Below are positions 1-10,384 of a DNA stretch of 64,000 nt, piece after piece. Origin of the DNA: Candidatus Micrarchaeota archaeon (GTDB lineage Archaea; Micrarchaeota; Micrarchaeia; Anstonellales; Bilamarchaeaceae); contig JBDRPL010000005.1 of assembly GCA_043827025.1 (NCBI GenBank), positions 1 through 64,000 on the forward strand. Direction: 5' to 3'. Every line of letters begins with the position of its first letter. The stretch's first letter is position 1. Both the position numbers and the translations under genes were made by a program. The notes below the pieces were generated by a model. That model was not told the origin of the DNA. It saw only the letters and a list, made by a program, of their open reading frames with translations, and did not search any database.

Positions 1-210
1 GTGCAGTCTGAGAAGTCAATGGTTTTGCCCCTGCCTTTCCTGCAAGCGAACCATCGCCTTGCGTGCATCCAGCCATAAACACCATAAATCCAATAAGAAG
101 CGCAAACAGCGCCAGATTAGCATTTTTCATATGAATCACGAATGGATTAGGAAGAGAAGATATATATATATCGTCAGCGTTTTCCTGATTTCCAAGTAAC
201 AGAGTTTCTT

Positions 211-292
211 TGGGGGTGAATCCCTCAGCCCCTTTCTTTCAAAAAGAGGGGGCAGGAGTCCCAGGGAACCTGGGGGAAACCTCCCCCGGGTT
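211..292. repeat. GC-rich cluster of inverted repeats (REP/MITE-like or structured RNA)
   Basis: Adjacent hairpins GGGGG/CCCTC, GCCCC..GGGGC, CCCAGG-GAA-CCTGGG and GGGGGA-AACC-TCCCCC in otherwise AT-rich intergenic DNA. Confidence 0.55.
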
Positions 293-297
293 GGCAT

Positions 298-333
298 GTA
301 TGAAAAGTATGAATAGTATGAAAAGTATGAATT
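298..333. repeat. 4 x 9-bp tandem repeat GTATGAA(A/T)(A/T)
   Basis: gtatgaaaa-gtatgaata-gtatgaaaa-gtatgaatt read directly from the sequence. Confidence 0.85.
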
Positions 334-422
334 TTTTGAGATGTATTTGTAAATGCTTTCTGAGTAGATAATTAAGATAATCAAGAGTTAATTATATAAA
401 TTGTCAGTCCGAGGTATGTGAG

Positions 423-1115
423 ATGGCAGTCAAAGCATCTGAAAAAGAGGTCCTGAAACTGGACCATGTCAGGAAGACATACCATGTTGGAGAAAGGGAC
501 CTTCATGCGCTTGATGATGTTTCCTTTACAATCCACAAGGGTGATTTCATAACACTGCTCGGACCTTCAGGAAGTGGCAAAAGCACCTTATTGCATATGA
601 TGGGCCTGCTTGACAGCCCGAGTTCAGGGAAGGTATATATCGATGGCATTGATGTAAGCTCGATGGATGATTCAAAGAAGGCAAGGATAAGGGGAAAGAA
701 GATAGGATTTATTTTCCAAAGCTTTAACCTAATACCAAGCATAACTGCATTTGAGAATGTGGTCTTGCCAATGCTTATCTGCGAAGACTTTTCGCAGTCA
801 AAGCAAAAGGCGGCTATTGACCTGCTGGAGCGCGTAGGTTTGAAGAACAGAATGCATCATTATCCTGGCCAGCTGAGTGGCGGAGAGCGCCAGAGGGTTG
901 CAATTGCACGGGCGTTAGTAAACGATCCAGAGCTTATACTTGCAGATGAGCCAACAGGAAATCTCGACACAAAAACTGGAAGCGAGATATTAAAAATATT
1001 CAAGGAGCTTAATGCCTTGGGGAAAACAGTAGTGATAATTACGCATGATGTTGGAATAACCAAATTGACAAGAGAGACTATACGGATAATTGATGGTAAA
1101 GTAAATGGTGGTTAA
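423..1115 (+). CDS. ABC transporter ATP-binding protein (LolD/MacB family)
   Basis: Walker A GPSGSGKS, LSGGERQRVAIARAL signature, ILADEPTGNLD Walker B. Confidence 0.95.
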   Translation: MAVKASEKEVLKLDHVRKTYHVGERDLHALDDVSFTIHKGDFITLLGPSGSGKSTLLHMMGLLDSPSSGKVYIDGIDVSSMDDSKKARIRGKKIGFIFQSFNLIPSITAFENVVLPMLICEDFSQSKQKAAIDLLERVGLKNRMHHYPGQLSGGERQRVAIARALVNDPELILADEPTGNLDTKTGSEILKIFKELNALGKTVVIITHDVGITKLTRETIRIIDGKVNGG

Positions 1116-1118
1116 TGT

Positions 1119-2582
1119 ATGAAAAATTTATTGATAGTATTTATTATGTTGGGAATGATTGGGTCTGTTTTCGCAGGACTTTCTTTGAGTAGCTATACAT
1201 TTTCCTCAAGCTCATATGAGCCAGGTGCCTCAGGCGTTTTGACATTGGTTGTTGAAAATACGAATACTGGAACCAGTTCTTCTGATGATTATACTGCAGT
1301 CAAGGTTTCGACAATTGTTCCTGCCCCCGTCACCATAGATGATGAGGTCTTTATAGGTGATTTGGATTCATCAACATCTACAACCGTTTCAATACCTTTC
1401 ACCGTGGATGATAGGGTGGATAGTCAAATATATATTATTGAATTGAGGCTCTATGGCACTTCAAAATCAAGTGCAACTCGTTCAGCACAATCCTATTTCA
1501 AATCTTCTTTCGTTCCGATTTCAATAGTCCAAAAACCTGTTTTTTCTATGCAGTCTGACAACGATGTTCTGTATGGCGTTCAAGGACTGAAAATGACTCT
1601 TATTAATAACGGAGGCATTGCCAAGAATGTCAAGATCTCAATCCCTTCAAGCAATTTTGCATTCTCCAAAAGTGACCAGGTTTTCATAAAACAAGTCAAT
1701 GGATCAGCAACATTCGATGTCCTGATAGATTCAAGGAATGCGCAGGAAGGCCCTAACGACCTGAACTTCTCTGTGACCTATGATGATGCTGTTGGAACAT
1801 CCCACACAGATACATTATCCCTAAGGGTTACTGTCAAGAAAGAGAAGCTTGACCTTGACATTTCATCAAAGAACCCACTGGTTACAAAAGAGGAAGGCGA
1901 TTTGGCATTGACAATTATTAACAATGGGAATTCCATTTCGGACGTTAGGTTATACGTGAGCGATCCGAACATGAAACTCCAGCAGATCAATGAAATCCAA
2001 TTGGGAGACATGGCTTCTAAATCCCAAAAAGAAGTTACGCTTAGGGTTTTTCCAGAATATACTCCGGGACTCAACGGAATGATAATGACTGTCAAATGGT
2101 ACGAAGGAAATGTGCAGAAGGAAAAAGAAATTTCAGTGCCTGTTAAGATAACCTCTGATGCAGATGTCCATGTTTATCTCGAAGCGAAACCTACTCCTCT
2201 CAAGGTGGATCAGGAGCATACGATCTCTGTTTTGGTTTCGAATGTCGGGTCATTCAAGATAGATAATGTGGATGTATCAATTTCATCTGATTCCATGGAA
2301 CTTCTCGACGTACAGAATAAGGAATACATCGGAAGCCTTGATCCTGATGATTTCAGCACAGTTCAGTTCAAGGTAAAAGTGAAGTCAGTTGATGTTGGAA
2401 TCCATAATATGCTTGTGACTGTCAATTACCGCGACAATTCTGGCCAATGGAGCACCAAAGAAATAAATTCAGAGATTCTTGTGAACCCTGCTGATACACA
2501 TGAGGGTGGGCTATTGCCAATCATATTAGTGGTCGTAGTTCTTGCAATGGTTGTTTGGTATTTCAAGTTCAGGAAGAAGTAA
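1119..2582 (+). CDS. COG1361-like S-layer/Ig-repeat membrane-anchored protein
   Basis: Signal peptide, repeated beta-rich Ig-like units (IGDLDS, LGDMAS, IGSLDP), C-terminal TM plus basic tail; sits inside a MacB-type ABC operon. Confidence 0.75.
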   Translation: MKNLLIVFIMLGMIGSVFAGLSLSSYTFSSSSYEPGASGVLTLVVENTNTGTSSSDDYTAVKVSTIVPAPVTIDDEVFIGDLDSSTSTTVSIPFTVDDRVDSQIYIIELRLYGTSKSSATRSAQSYFKSSFVPISIVQKPVFSMQSDNDVLYGVQGLKMTLINNGGIAKNVKISIPSSNFAFSKSDQVFIKQVNGSATFDVLIDSRNAQEGPNDLNFSVTYDDAVGTSHTDTLSLRVTVKKEKLDLDISSKNPLVTKEEGDLALTIINNGNSISDVRLYVSDPNMKLQQINEIQLGDMASKSQKEVTLRVFPEYTPGLNGMIMTVKWYEGNVQKEKEISVPVKITSDADVHVYLEAKPTPLKVDQEHTISVLVSNVGSFKIDNVDVSISSDSMELLDVQNKEYIGSLDPDDFSTVQFKVKVKSVDVGIHNMLVTVNYRDNSGQWSTKEINSEILVNPADTHEGGLLPIILVVVVLAMVVWYFKFRKK

Positions 2583-2625
2583 TTGCGAATTGCGTATTAC
2601 TGGATAAAAGTAAAGTGCATTGCCT

Positions 2626-3837
2626 ATGAATTTCATCAGCATGTTTCACTATGCCTATCGGAACCTTAAATTTAGAGGTGTCCGTTCATGGCTTACCATC
2701 CTAGGTATAGTCGTGGGCATATGTTCGGTCGTTATTCTGGTGGGTCTGGTGGATGGCCTCAAGAATCAGATCAATTCCCAGCTCGATACTTTTGGCCCAA
2801 GGACCTTCATGGTTGTTCCGATGGACGTATCCTCTGGAATCCAGAGCGCCTCTTCGTTCATTCCAACAAGCGGAAAACTGTTTGAAAAGGATTTCAATAG
2901 GTTGAAACGGATAAGCGCCATCGATGTTATCTCAAAAGTGATAATGGGGAGGACCTACGTGGTCTATAAGGGAAACCAGATAAGTTCTTCGATTTATGGG
3001 ATTGAACCTGATGAATACTCCAAGACTGTTGGTTCGCTTGAAATAGATACTGGACGTTTTCTTATTTCTACAGACAAGAGGGCAGTGGTGATTGGCTCAT
3101 CCCTTGCAATTGATGGTTTTGAAAAGAAAATTGAGCTTGGAAGCACCCTTAATATGTCAGGCGTAGATTATACTGTTGTAGGGATAATGAAGAAGACTGG
3201 GAATTCGATTGCACAGCTTGACAGCGCGCTTCTTATTAATTTCAAAGAAGCAGAATCCTTGTTTGCAGACCAACTGAGCACTGATGAGATAAGCGTCATC
3301 AGAATGACTATTCAAGAATCATATGATCTGGACGAAGTTGAGGAAGAAGTCACTTCAGTGATGCTTTCATCCCATCGAGTTAGTTTAGAAGAAAAGGATT
3401 TCAGTATTGTGTCCCCTAAATTCATAGGTCAGCAGGTGGATGCCATAACTGGGGTCCTAGGACTTTTCCTGGGTGCTATTGCAGGTGTTTCACTTATTGT
3501 TGGTGGAATTGGCATTTCAAACACAATGTTCATGTCTGTTCTTGAGAGAAGAAAGGAAATAGGGGTTTTGAAATCTATTGGCTCAAAGGAAGACGATATC
3601 TGGCGTCTTTTTCTGATCGAGTCTTCATTAATAGGGCTTTTGGGAGGAATACTTGGATTGGCCCTTGCATTTTTCATTACCTTTTTGATCAATCAGTTTG
3701 CAGGTATATCATTTTCTATCTCACTGCCACTTCTTGTTTTTGCACTTATGTTTTCTTCGCTTGTGGGTGTTTTATCAGGAACTATCCCTGCAAGGCGTGC
3801 GGCTAGGCTTGACCCTGTTGATGCCCTGAGGTTTTGA
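2626..3837 (+). CDS. ABC transporter permease (MacB/FtsX family)
   Basis: RSWLTILGIVVG, GGIGISNTMFMSVLERRKEIG, PARRAARLDPVDALR. Confidence 0.93.
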   Translation: MNFISMFHYAYRNLKFRGVRSWLTILGIVVGICSVVILVGLVDGLKNQINSQLDTFGPRTFMVVPMDVSSGIQSASSFIPTSGKLFEKDFNRLKRISAIDVISKVIMGRTYVVYKGNQISSSIYGIEPDEYSKTVGSLEIDTGRFLISTDKRAVVIGSSLAIDGFEKKIELGSTLNMSGVDYTVVGIMKKTGNSIAQLDSALLINFKEAESLFADQLSTDEISVIRMTIQESYDLDEVEEEVTSVMLSSHRVSLEEKDFSIVSPKFIGQQVDAITGVLGLFLGAIAGVSLIVGGIGISNTMFMSVLERRKEIGVLKSIGSKEDDIWRLFLIESSLIGLLGGILGLALAFFITFLINQFAGISFSISLPLLVFALMFSSLVGVLSGTIPARRAARLDPVDALRF

Positions 3838-3840
3838 GTG

Positions 3841-5064
3841 ATGAAAACTTACGAAGCTTTTGGCTATGGCTGGAAAAACCTAAGGAGAAGGAAACTCAGA
3901 TCCTGGCTCACTATTTTGGGAGTGATCATAGGCATAATGACGGTGATGGTTGTCATGTCTATCGGCGAGGGAGTCAAGGCAAGCATTTCAAAAGAATTAG
4001 AGTCATTCGGTTCAGACCAGATGTTCATTTTGCCAATTGCAATAAATGCAAAGTCAATGGCATCTTTCAGCGGAGGTCGCGGTGCCACCAACGGAAAGCT
4101 TTTTGAGAAAGATTACAATGCTATAAATGGAGTTGCAGGTGTCAAAGAGGTTTCCAAATTGGTTTATGGGCGAACCACAGTTGCATTCAAGGATAAGGAG
4201 ATCACTGCAACTGTTTATGGTGTTGATACTGTTTATTTTGATATCTGGCAGAGCCAGTTCAAGATCGAAAAAGGCCGCATCTTGCAAAGCTCTGACAAGA
4301 GCTCTGTTGTTCTTGGGTACAGCGCTGCATATGATCTTTTCGGAAAGAACGAAGTCGGGGTTGGAAGCGTACTTATAATTGGCAAGAAAAAGTTCCATGT
4401 AGTTGGCATAATGGAAAAGATCGGAACCACATTTTCCCAGGCTGACGATTCCTCAATATATGTAAGTTTTGATGACGGTGCTGAATTGTTCAAAAGCCAG
4501 CTTTCAAAGGATGAGATTTCTTTTATCTCAGTCAAAATAGGCCAGGGTTTTGATTCAAAAAAAATCCAGGAAGATATCGAATTTAGAATTGCTTCTTTGC
4601 ACAAGGTTTCGCTTGATGACAAGGATTTCAGCGTCATTACTGCTGATTTTGTCAACGAAACGATTGGTTCGCTTCTTGGCGCGCTTTCAACATTTCTTTT
4701 TGCAATAACCCTTATTTCATCTATAGTCGGTGGCATTGGAATTTCAAATACGATGTTTATGGCGGTTTTGGAAAGAATAAAAGAGATTGGAATATTGAAA
4801 TCAGTTGGTGCAACCAATAGCGATATCATGAAGATTTTTCTCATAGAAAGTGGTCTAATGGGCCTGATGGGAGGATTGGTTGGCATAGTATTTGGCGTAC
4901 TCCTCCTGCTTTTGGTGGGCAATTTCGGTATCCCATATGTCATAACTCCTACATTGATTTTATTCTCCATATTATTCTCGTTCATGGTCGGGATAATTTC
5001 CGGCTACATTCCAGCAAGGCGCGCGTCCAATATGCTTCCAGTTGAGGCGTTTAGGCATGAATAA
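3841..5064 (+). CDS. ABC transporter permease (MacB/FtsX family), paralog of upstream gene
   Basis: RSWLTILGVIIG, GGIGISNTMFMAVLERIKEIG, PARRAS..PVEAFR. Confidence 0.93.
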   Translation: MKTYEAFGYGWKNLRRRKLRSWLTILGVIIGIMTVMVVMSIGEGVKASISKELESFGSDQMFILPIAINAKSMASFSGGRGATNGKLFEKDYNAINGVAGVKEVSKLVYGRTTVAFKDKEITATVYGVDTVYFDIWQSQFKIEKGRILQSSDKSSVVLGYSAAYDLFGKNEVGVGSVLIIGKKKFHVVGIMEKIGTTFSQADDSSIYVSFDDGAELFKSQLSKDEISFISVKIGQGFDSKKIQEDIEFRIASLHKVSLDDKDFSVITADFVNETIGSLLGALSTFLFAITLISSIVGGIGISNTMFMAVLERIKEIGILKSVGATNSDIMKIFLIESGLMGLMGGLVGIVFGVLLLLLVGNFGIPYVITPTLILFSILFSFMVGIISGYIPARRASNMLPVEAFRHE

Positions 5065-5138
5065 TCAAAAAAAACAGGGTAGGAAAAAGAAATTATCTTT
5101 ATAAATTCATTTTGCCAAATAAACTGTGAAGTGAAATC

Positions 5139-6059
5139 ATGAATTCTGTGAAACTTGAAACAAAGACAGATGATTATAGATTATATCATGTGGCTGCACC
5201 TGAACTGCCTAAAAACACTTTTATTGTTTGTTCAGATTCTGCAAGGCAAATACTCTACAGTCCGCATCTAGCAGGTAAGAAGCTTCAGGACCTTATGGAC
5301 AAGATGAGCGAAATCTTTGTCAAGGCAGTAACTGAAAAGGCATTGAAAGGAGAGAAGAAAGACAAAATTATCGAGTTTGTGCTTCTTAGCGGCGCCCTAT
5401 ATTACAATTTGAATTACGGTTTCAAGAAGGTCAACAACATTGCGCTTCCGCAGTGTTTTTTGGGCATCAAAAGGCAACGGGTAGAGGGAACAGAAGGAAC
5501 GTTTATTGCAGTTTCCACCTATGAAAATTTTGAATCCCTGGTGGATGATGCCATTGTTATATGTGGCGACACGATTGCAAGTGGTGCAACAATCATCCGC
5601 GCAATCAATGATTTGGAAAAGGCGATGGAGGAAAAGGATTTCAAGATGAAAAAACTCATCGTCCTTTCGCTTGCAGGCTCAACAGAAGGCGGAAGAAGAT
5701 TGAAGAAACTGGAGGAAAGGCTCAGGATCCCAACTTATTATTTTGTTGCTGAACAGCTATTTCATGTGATGCCTGATGGCACCGATCTTAGATTCCTGAG
5801 GGAAGATTCGATTATGCCTGATGAAACAAAAGAATATACTTTCAAGACGTACGGTCCAGTTCTTGGAAAAGAAATGAAATGTGCAGTTTTTGATTGGGGC
5901 ACAAGATGCAAGAACCCTCAGAAGCATTATCATGAATTCATGGAGTTCGCAAACGACATATTGAAGCAGAATGTGCTTGATGCAAAGGGAACTGAAAAGA
6001 TAAAGAGGATGAGGAAAGAGATAGAAGAGGAGATCACCAAAACACAACAGACTCTCTAA
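5139..6059 (+). CDS. Type I phosphoribosyltransferase, uracil PRTase-like
   Basis: PRPP-binding loop-like VICGDTIASGATI; LLSGALYY resembles the UPRT ILRGG motif. Confidence 0.6.
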   Translation: MNSVKLETKTDDYRLYHVAAPELPKNTFIVCSDSARQILYSPHLAGKKLQDLMDKMSEIFVKAVTEKALKGEKKDKIIEFVLLSGALYYNLNYGFKKVNNIALPQCFLGIKRQRVEGTEGTFIAVSTYENFESLVDDAIVICGDTIASGATIIRAINDLEKAMEEKDFKMKKLIVLSLAGSTEGGRRLKKLEERLRIPTYYFVAEQLFHVMPDGTDLRFLREDSIMPDETKEYTFKTYGPVLGKEMKCAVFDWGTRCKNPQKHYHEFMEFANDILKQNVLDAKGTEKIKRMRKEIEEEITKTQQTL

Positions 6060-6064
6060 TCGGT

Positions 6065-7132
6065 TTAAGGGTTTAGTTCAAGGAAACTTTCATAAAGTGC
6101 ATTTGCACCTGCTACTAAAATTCCTCTTTCTGTATTTCCTACTTTTTCTTTATAAGGGTCGGGTGCAAATGATCCTCCAGGAACAATACCTACGATCGCA
6201 GATATCAATCCTGTTTCTACTAGAATGCCATGCTCGTGAAGGAATCTTGCTGCTTCGAAATTTATCAGTAGTTGTTCCATTTCTGTACTAAAAACCCCAA
6301 AGTCTGTCCTAAGTGCCATCACTTGTGTTTCATCTGCTTCAAGATATAATGAATCCTTTGAAAAATTTCTTCCAACATAGGTTTGCAAACCCTGAGCTTG
6401 TGATGCACGTACTAATTGTTTGACCATTTCTTCGCTTTCTGGTTGCACTATATATCTATTGCCTTTGCCATCATGTATGATCTGGTTAAATCCAAGTTCT
6501 GCCATCCTTCTGCAATATATGGAAAAGACTCTTGGTTTGAAGAAGTTTATGCTTCCAAGAGATTGGAGTATTGCGCCCATATTTCCTATGTTGTCCTTTG
6601 CAACTACAACATCTCCTACGTCTAGAAGAGGGTGTTGTTTTTCTTCAGCGAAGGTAAGTATCCCGCCTGCTGTTCCACATCTCACTGCCTTTATTCCATT
6701 TGATTTAATGGCAGTGTGCTCATCAAGCGCATATTGTCCTTTTTTTACAAGTGCCCATAATTCCCTGAGTATTATCTGGTTTGGCGAGCCGCCCATTTGG
6801 CATTCTACCAAAAGCAGAGGCATTCTTTTTTCTTGTCCACTTGGGCTGTATATCCCCAAAGCAAGATTCACCCTTCCTGATCCTTGCAATCCAAATATTT
6901 CTTCTGATGCAAGGTCCAATCTTACTGCATTTCTTAGTCTTAATTCCCTTGTCGCATCAATAACTCTCCTTCTATCTCCAAACAACAGCATAAACGGAGG
7001 TAATTTTCCATAATTATCTTTTAGAAAAGGGATGTCATTGTATCTATTGCTTTCCGCAAGCCATGAAGCTGCAGTATGCTTTCCCAGGTAGGTTGGGTTA
7101 CGTGTTCTAGGTTGTGTAGTTTTACGTGACAT
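6065..7132 (-). CDS. Nucleoside phosphorylase (uridine phosphorylase-like, NP-I family)
   Basis: GDRRRV, MGGSP..IILREL, RCGTAGG, KDSLY, STEME motifs. Confidence 0.7.
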   Translation of the reverse strand: MSRKTTQPRTRNPTYLGKHTAASWLAESNRYNDIPFLKDNYGKLPPFMLLFGDRRRVIDATRELRLRNAVRLDLASEEIFGLQGSGRVNLALGIYSPSGQEKRMPLLLVECQMGGSPNQIILRELWALVKKGQYALDEHTAIKSNGIKAVRCGTAGGILTFAEEKQHPLLDVGDVVVAKDNIGNMGAILQSLGSINFFKPRVFSIYCRRMAELGFNQIIHDGKGNRYIVQPESEEMVKQLVRASQAQGLQTYVGRNFSKDSLYLEADETQVMALRTDFGVFSTEMEQLLINFEAARFLHEHGILVETGLISAIVGIVPGGSFAPDPYKEKVGNTERGILVAGANALYESFLELNP

Positions 7133-7150
7133 AAAATTACTCTCTAAATG

Positions 7151-8191
7151 TTATCCCGAAGGTTTCCTGCGAGGCGGAAGTGGTCGCAATACTGTTGCTG
7201 GAGGGGGTGGCGGTCTGGCAGTTTGTTGTTTAACTGTTGGAGGCAATGGAGGTGGTCGGACCCGTCTGTCAATTACCTTTCCATTGTCAGTTACACGAAT
7301 TTTTGGAGTTTGAGCTGGTGGTGTTTGCCTAGGTGCAGGTTCAGACACTGTTTGGCCAAGAAGATCTAATGCCAGACTAGATGCTCTAAGCCTTATTGCG
7401 TCTGGTGCGATAAGTTTACTTGGTTCGTCAGTGCCGCTATAAACTACAGTCTTTGATCCATAAGTATGAGAAAAAGACCTTAATTTTCTACTATCTGCTG
7501 CTACAGTGAGTAATACTTGTCTTAATCCGTAGGTATGGCACATCGTAATAAACTGTTGTCCTATTTCCATTTTATTCCTGAAACCAACAGTAGGATCGCC
7601 AATAAATCGAATCACGCATTCATAATCCGCATCCGGAATTTTAGCGCTTTCCTTCATTTCCAGGTGTGTTTGCATAAGTTGGAGTAGTTTCTCTGCTGCA
7701 TTCACTCGAGTTTCACTGTGAATGTTAGGGTCAAGCATTATATCTTCAAGTGGATTCCATAAAGGAACTGCTGCATAAAATGCAGTATATCTTTTGCCAA
7801 GTTCAACACGTGTTCCGAAGTCGATACCATCAAAACGTTCAGTGGCAAGCTTAAAAGCAGCGTTAATCGCTTCTACTGGTAATTCGTTACCGGATACTAT
7901 TGCTGCTTGCATTACAGCCCCAATTCCATTGGCAGCCAAAAATGCGACTTTGTTAGGAGTACGTGAATTAACTGCCAACCTAAAGAGCTCTTCCCAATCT
8001 TTGTTTTGAAATAATATAGAAACAAGCAGTTCACCAATCTCTTTTCGATGCGTGAACGACTTATGGCTAGTCACTTCGTCCATAAAATGGTCTATTTCAG
8101 AAGCTTGGATTTGTTCGCCAATAGGTGCATGAACTCCCCAAACATCTTCAAGAAGAGCAAGAGTTCTACCGGAACATAAGTTATCAACCAT
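7151..8191 (-). CDS. Hypothetical helical protein with Pro-rich C-terminal tail
   Basis: 346-aa ORF with upstream GAGG-like RBS; tail PPPLPP/PPPPPA; no family recognised. Confidence 0.6.
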   Translation of the reverse strand: MVDNLCSGRTLALLEDVWGVHAPIGEQIQASEIDHFMDEVTSHKSFTHRKEIGELLVSILFQNKDWEELFRLAVNSRTPNKVAFLAANGIGAVMQAAIVSGNELPVEAINAAFKLATERFDGIDFGTRVELGKRYTAFYAAVPLWNPLEDIMLDPNIHSETRVNAAEKLLQLMQTHLEMKESAKIPDADYECVIRFIGDPTVGFRNKMEIGQQFITMCHTYGLRQVLLTVAADSRKLRSFSHTYGSKTVVYSGTDEPSKLIAPDAIRLRASSLALDLLGQTVSEPAPRQTPPAQTPKIRVTDNGKVIDRRVRPPPLPPTVKQQTARPPPPPATVLRPLPPRRKPSG

Positions 8192-8313
8192 ATTTTATAC
8201 CTCTAATTTTATATCTCTAGTATTTCACTGGAGTATGCAATATGCAACATTACTTAAAGTTTTTCTTGAAACTGTGCATCCATTATAAACTTTCCTTTTC
8301 TAATTGTCCTCTA

Positions 8314-10362
8314 ATGGACCTCATAATCGCAGAAAAACCCAAGGTAGCTCAGAAGATAGCTGAAGCAATATGCACCAAACTCACCCGCAAGGCTCAGGGG
8401 GGTGTTTCATACTATGTTGGCGAGGCCAATGGAAAGGAAATCGTAGTCGTCTCTGCTGTGGGTCATATCTATACTCTTACGGAAAAGAAGAAAACCAATT
8501 CCTATCCTGCATTTGACATCCAATGGGTTCCTTCTTTTGAAGTTGACAAAGGTGCAGCATTTACCAAGCCATATCTTACATTGATAAAATCCCTTGCCAA
8601 AAAGGCAGATAATCTTATAATTGCCTGCGACTTTGATATAGAAGGTTCGCTTATTGGCGGGAATGTCTACCGTTTTGCCTATGGTAAAAAGAAAGGCCAG
8701 AGGATGAAATTTTCTGCGCTTACGAAATCTGATTTAAGCAAGGCATATGAAAAAGCAGGGGAAATCGATTTTAATAATATAAATGCAGGAGAAGCAAGAC
8801 ACATTCTTGACTGGTATTATGGTATCAATCTTAGTCGTGCATTGATGAATTCCATAAGAGCAGTGAGTAAATTTAGAGTCATGAGCATTGGCCGTGTCCA
8901 AGGCCCTGCACTTCATATGTTAGCCATGCTTGAAAAGAAAATCAAGGCATTTGTATCAAGCCCTTATTGGGAGGTTACAGCAGTTGCAAAAGGCGTCACA
9001 TTCCTTCATTCACAGAAAAGGTTTTTGGAAGAGGAAAAGGCAAAACAAGCTCTTGACAATACTGGAAAAACAGCAATAGTTTCTTCATTGGAAAAGAAAG
9101 ACCTTGTTATATCTCCTGATCCAAACTTTGATTTGACTTCTTTGCAGGTTGAGGCATATTCAAAGTTGGGCATTCAGCCTTCTAGAACTCTGCAATTGTC
9201 GCAAGGCCTTTATGAAGAATCTTTAATTTCGTATCCAAGAACTTCCTCTCAACAAATCCCTTCAAGTATTGATGTTCGCTCTATAATCCACAAGCTCAAG
9301 GAAAACAAGGATTACGAAGCTTTGGCATCAAAGTTGATTGAAAAAAACTATTTCACTCCACTTCAGGGTAAAAAAGAGGATCCGGCACATCCTGCCATTC
9401 ATCCAACAGGCCAGAAAGGCCAATTTGATAGTGAATATCACAGGAAACTCTATGACCTTATAGTAAAGAGATTCCTTGCATCCTTTGCAGATCCTGCAAA
9501 GAAGCAGAAGACTGATATCGAGATAGATTCAAATGGAGAAAAATACAATGCAAGCGGCACTGTAACAAAGGAAAAGAATTGGATTGAATTTTACATGCCT
9601 TATTACAAATCAAAGGATGTTGAACTGCCAGAAATGAAGCAGGGGGAAACCGTTCCAGTTGAAAAGAAGAAAAAAGAGAAGAAGATGACTAAGCCACCCA
9701 ACAGATACACTGCGGCGTCTATAATTTCTGAATTGGAAAAGAAGCATCTTGGTACAAAGGCAACCCGATCTACCATTATAGATACTCTTTTCAAACGAGG
9801 ATACATAAACGGCAAGTCCATTGAAGTCACTGATTTCGGGATGAAAGTGTGTAATGTCCTTGAAAAGCATGCGCCTGAGATATTGGACGAAGACCTTACT
9901 GAACATATCGAAGAGAACATGGAAAAAATACAGGATGGAAAGATAACAAGTGATTCCGTTGTTCAGGAAGGAAAAGATGTTCTCTCAAAGATACTTGCAA
10001 AATGGAAGACCAAGGAGAAAGCAATAGGTGCAGACCTCATAGATGCACTTCAAATTACTATTGAAAAGGAATCCACTCCCGGCGTATGCAACAAATGCGG
10101 AAAGAACCTGAGAATAATCCATATGAAGATGGGAAAGCAGTTTGTTGGCTGCAATGGCTATCCTGACTGTAGGAACGCATATCCATTGCCAGGCAGTGCG
10201 CTCATAAAAACTACAGAAGAACTTTGTGAGAAGTGCAAGACTCCGATTGTTGAAGTCATAAGAAAAGGCTCGCGTCCGTTCAAGATGTGCCTTGATACGA
10301 AATGCGAGACAAAGGCTAACTGGGGGAAAAAACCACAGGAAACGAAAGGGCAATCAATATAA
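8314..10362 (+). CDS. topA: DNA topoisomerase I (type IA) with C-terminal Zn ribbons
   Basis: LIIAEKP TOPRIM start, ACDFDIEG, SIGRVQ, ISYPRT catalytic Tyr, GTKATR, C-terminal CxxC motifs; start moved to ATG 8314. Confidence 0.95.
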   Translation: MDLIIAEKPKVAQKIAEAICTKLTRKAQGGVSYYVGEANGKEIVVVSAVGHIYTLTEKKKTNSYPAFDIQWVPSFEVDKGAAFTKPYLTLIKSLAKKADNLIIACDFDIEGSLIGGNVYRFAYGKKKGQRMKFSALTKSDLSKAYEKAGEIDFNNINAGEARHILDWYYGINLSRALMNSIRAVSKFRVMSIGRVQGPALHMLAMLEKKIKAFVSSPYWEVTAVAKGVTFLHSQKRFLEEEKAKQALDNTGKTAIVSSLEKKDLVISPDPNFDLTSLQVEAYSKLGIQPSRTLQLSQGLYEESLISYPRTSSQQIPSSIDVRSIIHKLKENKDYEALASKLIEKNYFTPLQGKKEDPAHPAIHPTGQKGQFDSEYHRKLYDLIVKRFLASFADPAKKQKTDIEIDSNGEKYNASGTVTKEKNWIEFYMPYYKSKDVELPEMKQGETVPVEKKKKEKKMTKPPNRYTAASIISELEKKHLGTKATRSTIIDTLFKRGYINGKSIEVTDFGMKVCNVLEKHAPEILDEDLTEHIEENMEKIQDGKITSDSVVQEGKDVLSKILAKWKTKEKAIGADLIDALQITIEKESTPGVCNKCGKNLRIIHMKMGKQFVGCNGYPDCRNAYPLPGSALIKTTEELCEKCKTPIVEVIRKGSRPFKMCLDTKCETKANWGKKPQETKGQSI

Positions 10363-10384
10363 TCCTATTCAGTAATATGCGTAC

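Noticed and set aside
1..130. Possible 5' end of a minus-strand gene running off the window
   Set aside because: Two candidate frames (ATG at 123 or 130) and too little sequence to assign a product.
180..300. Replication origin (ORB elements)
   Set aside because: G-strings are present, but there is no repeated ORB consensus and no adjacent orc1/cdc6 gene in the window.
136..384. 82-aa minus-strand ORF
   Set aside because: Runs through the hairpin cluster and tandem repeat; the translation is low-complexity and not protein-like.
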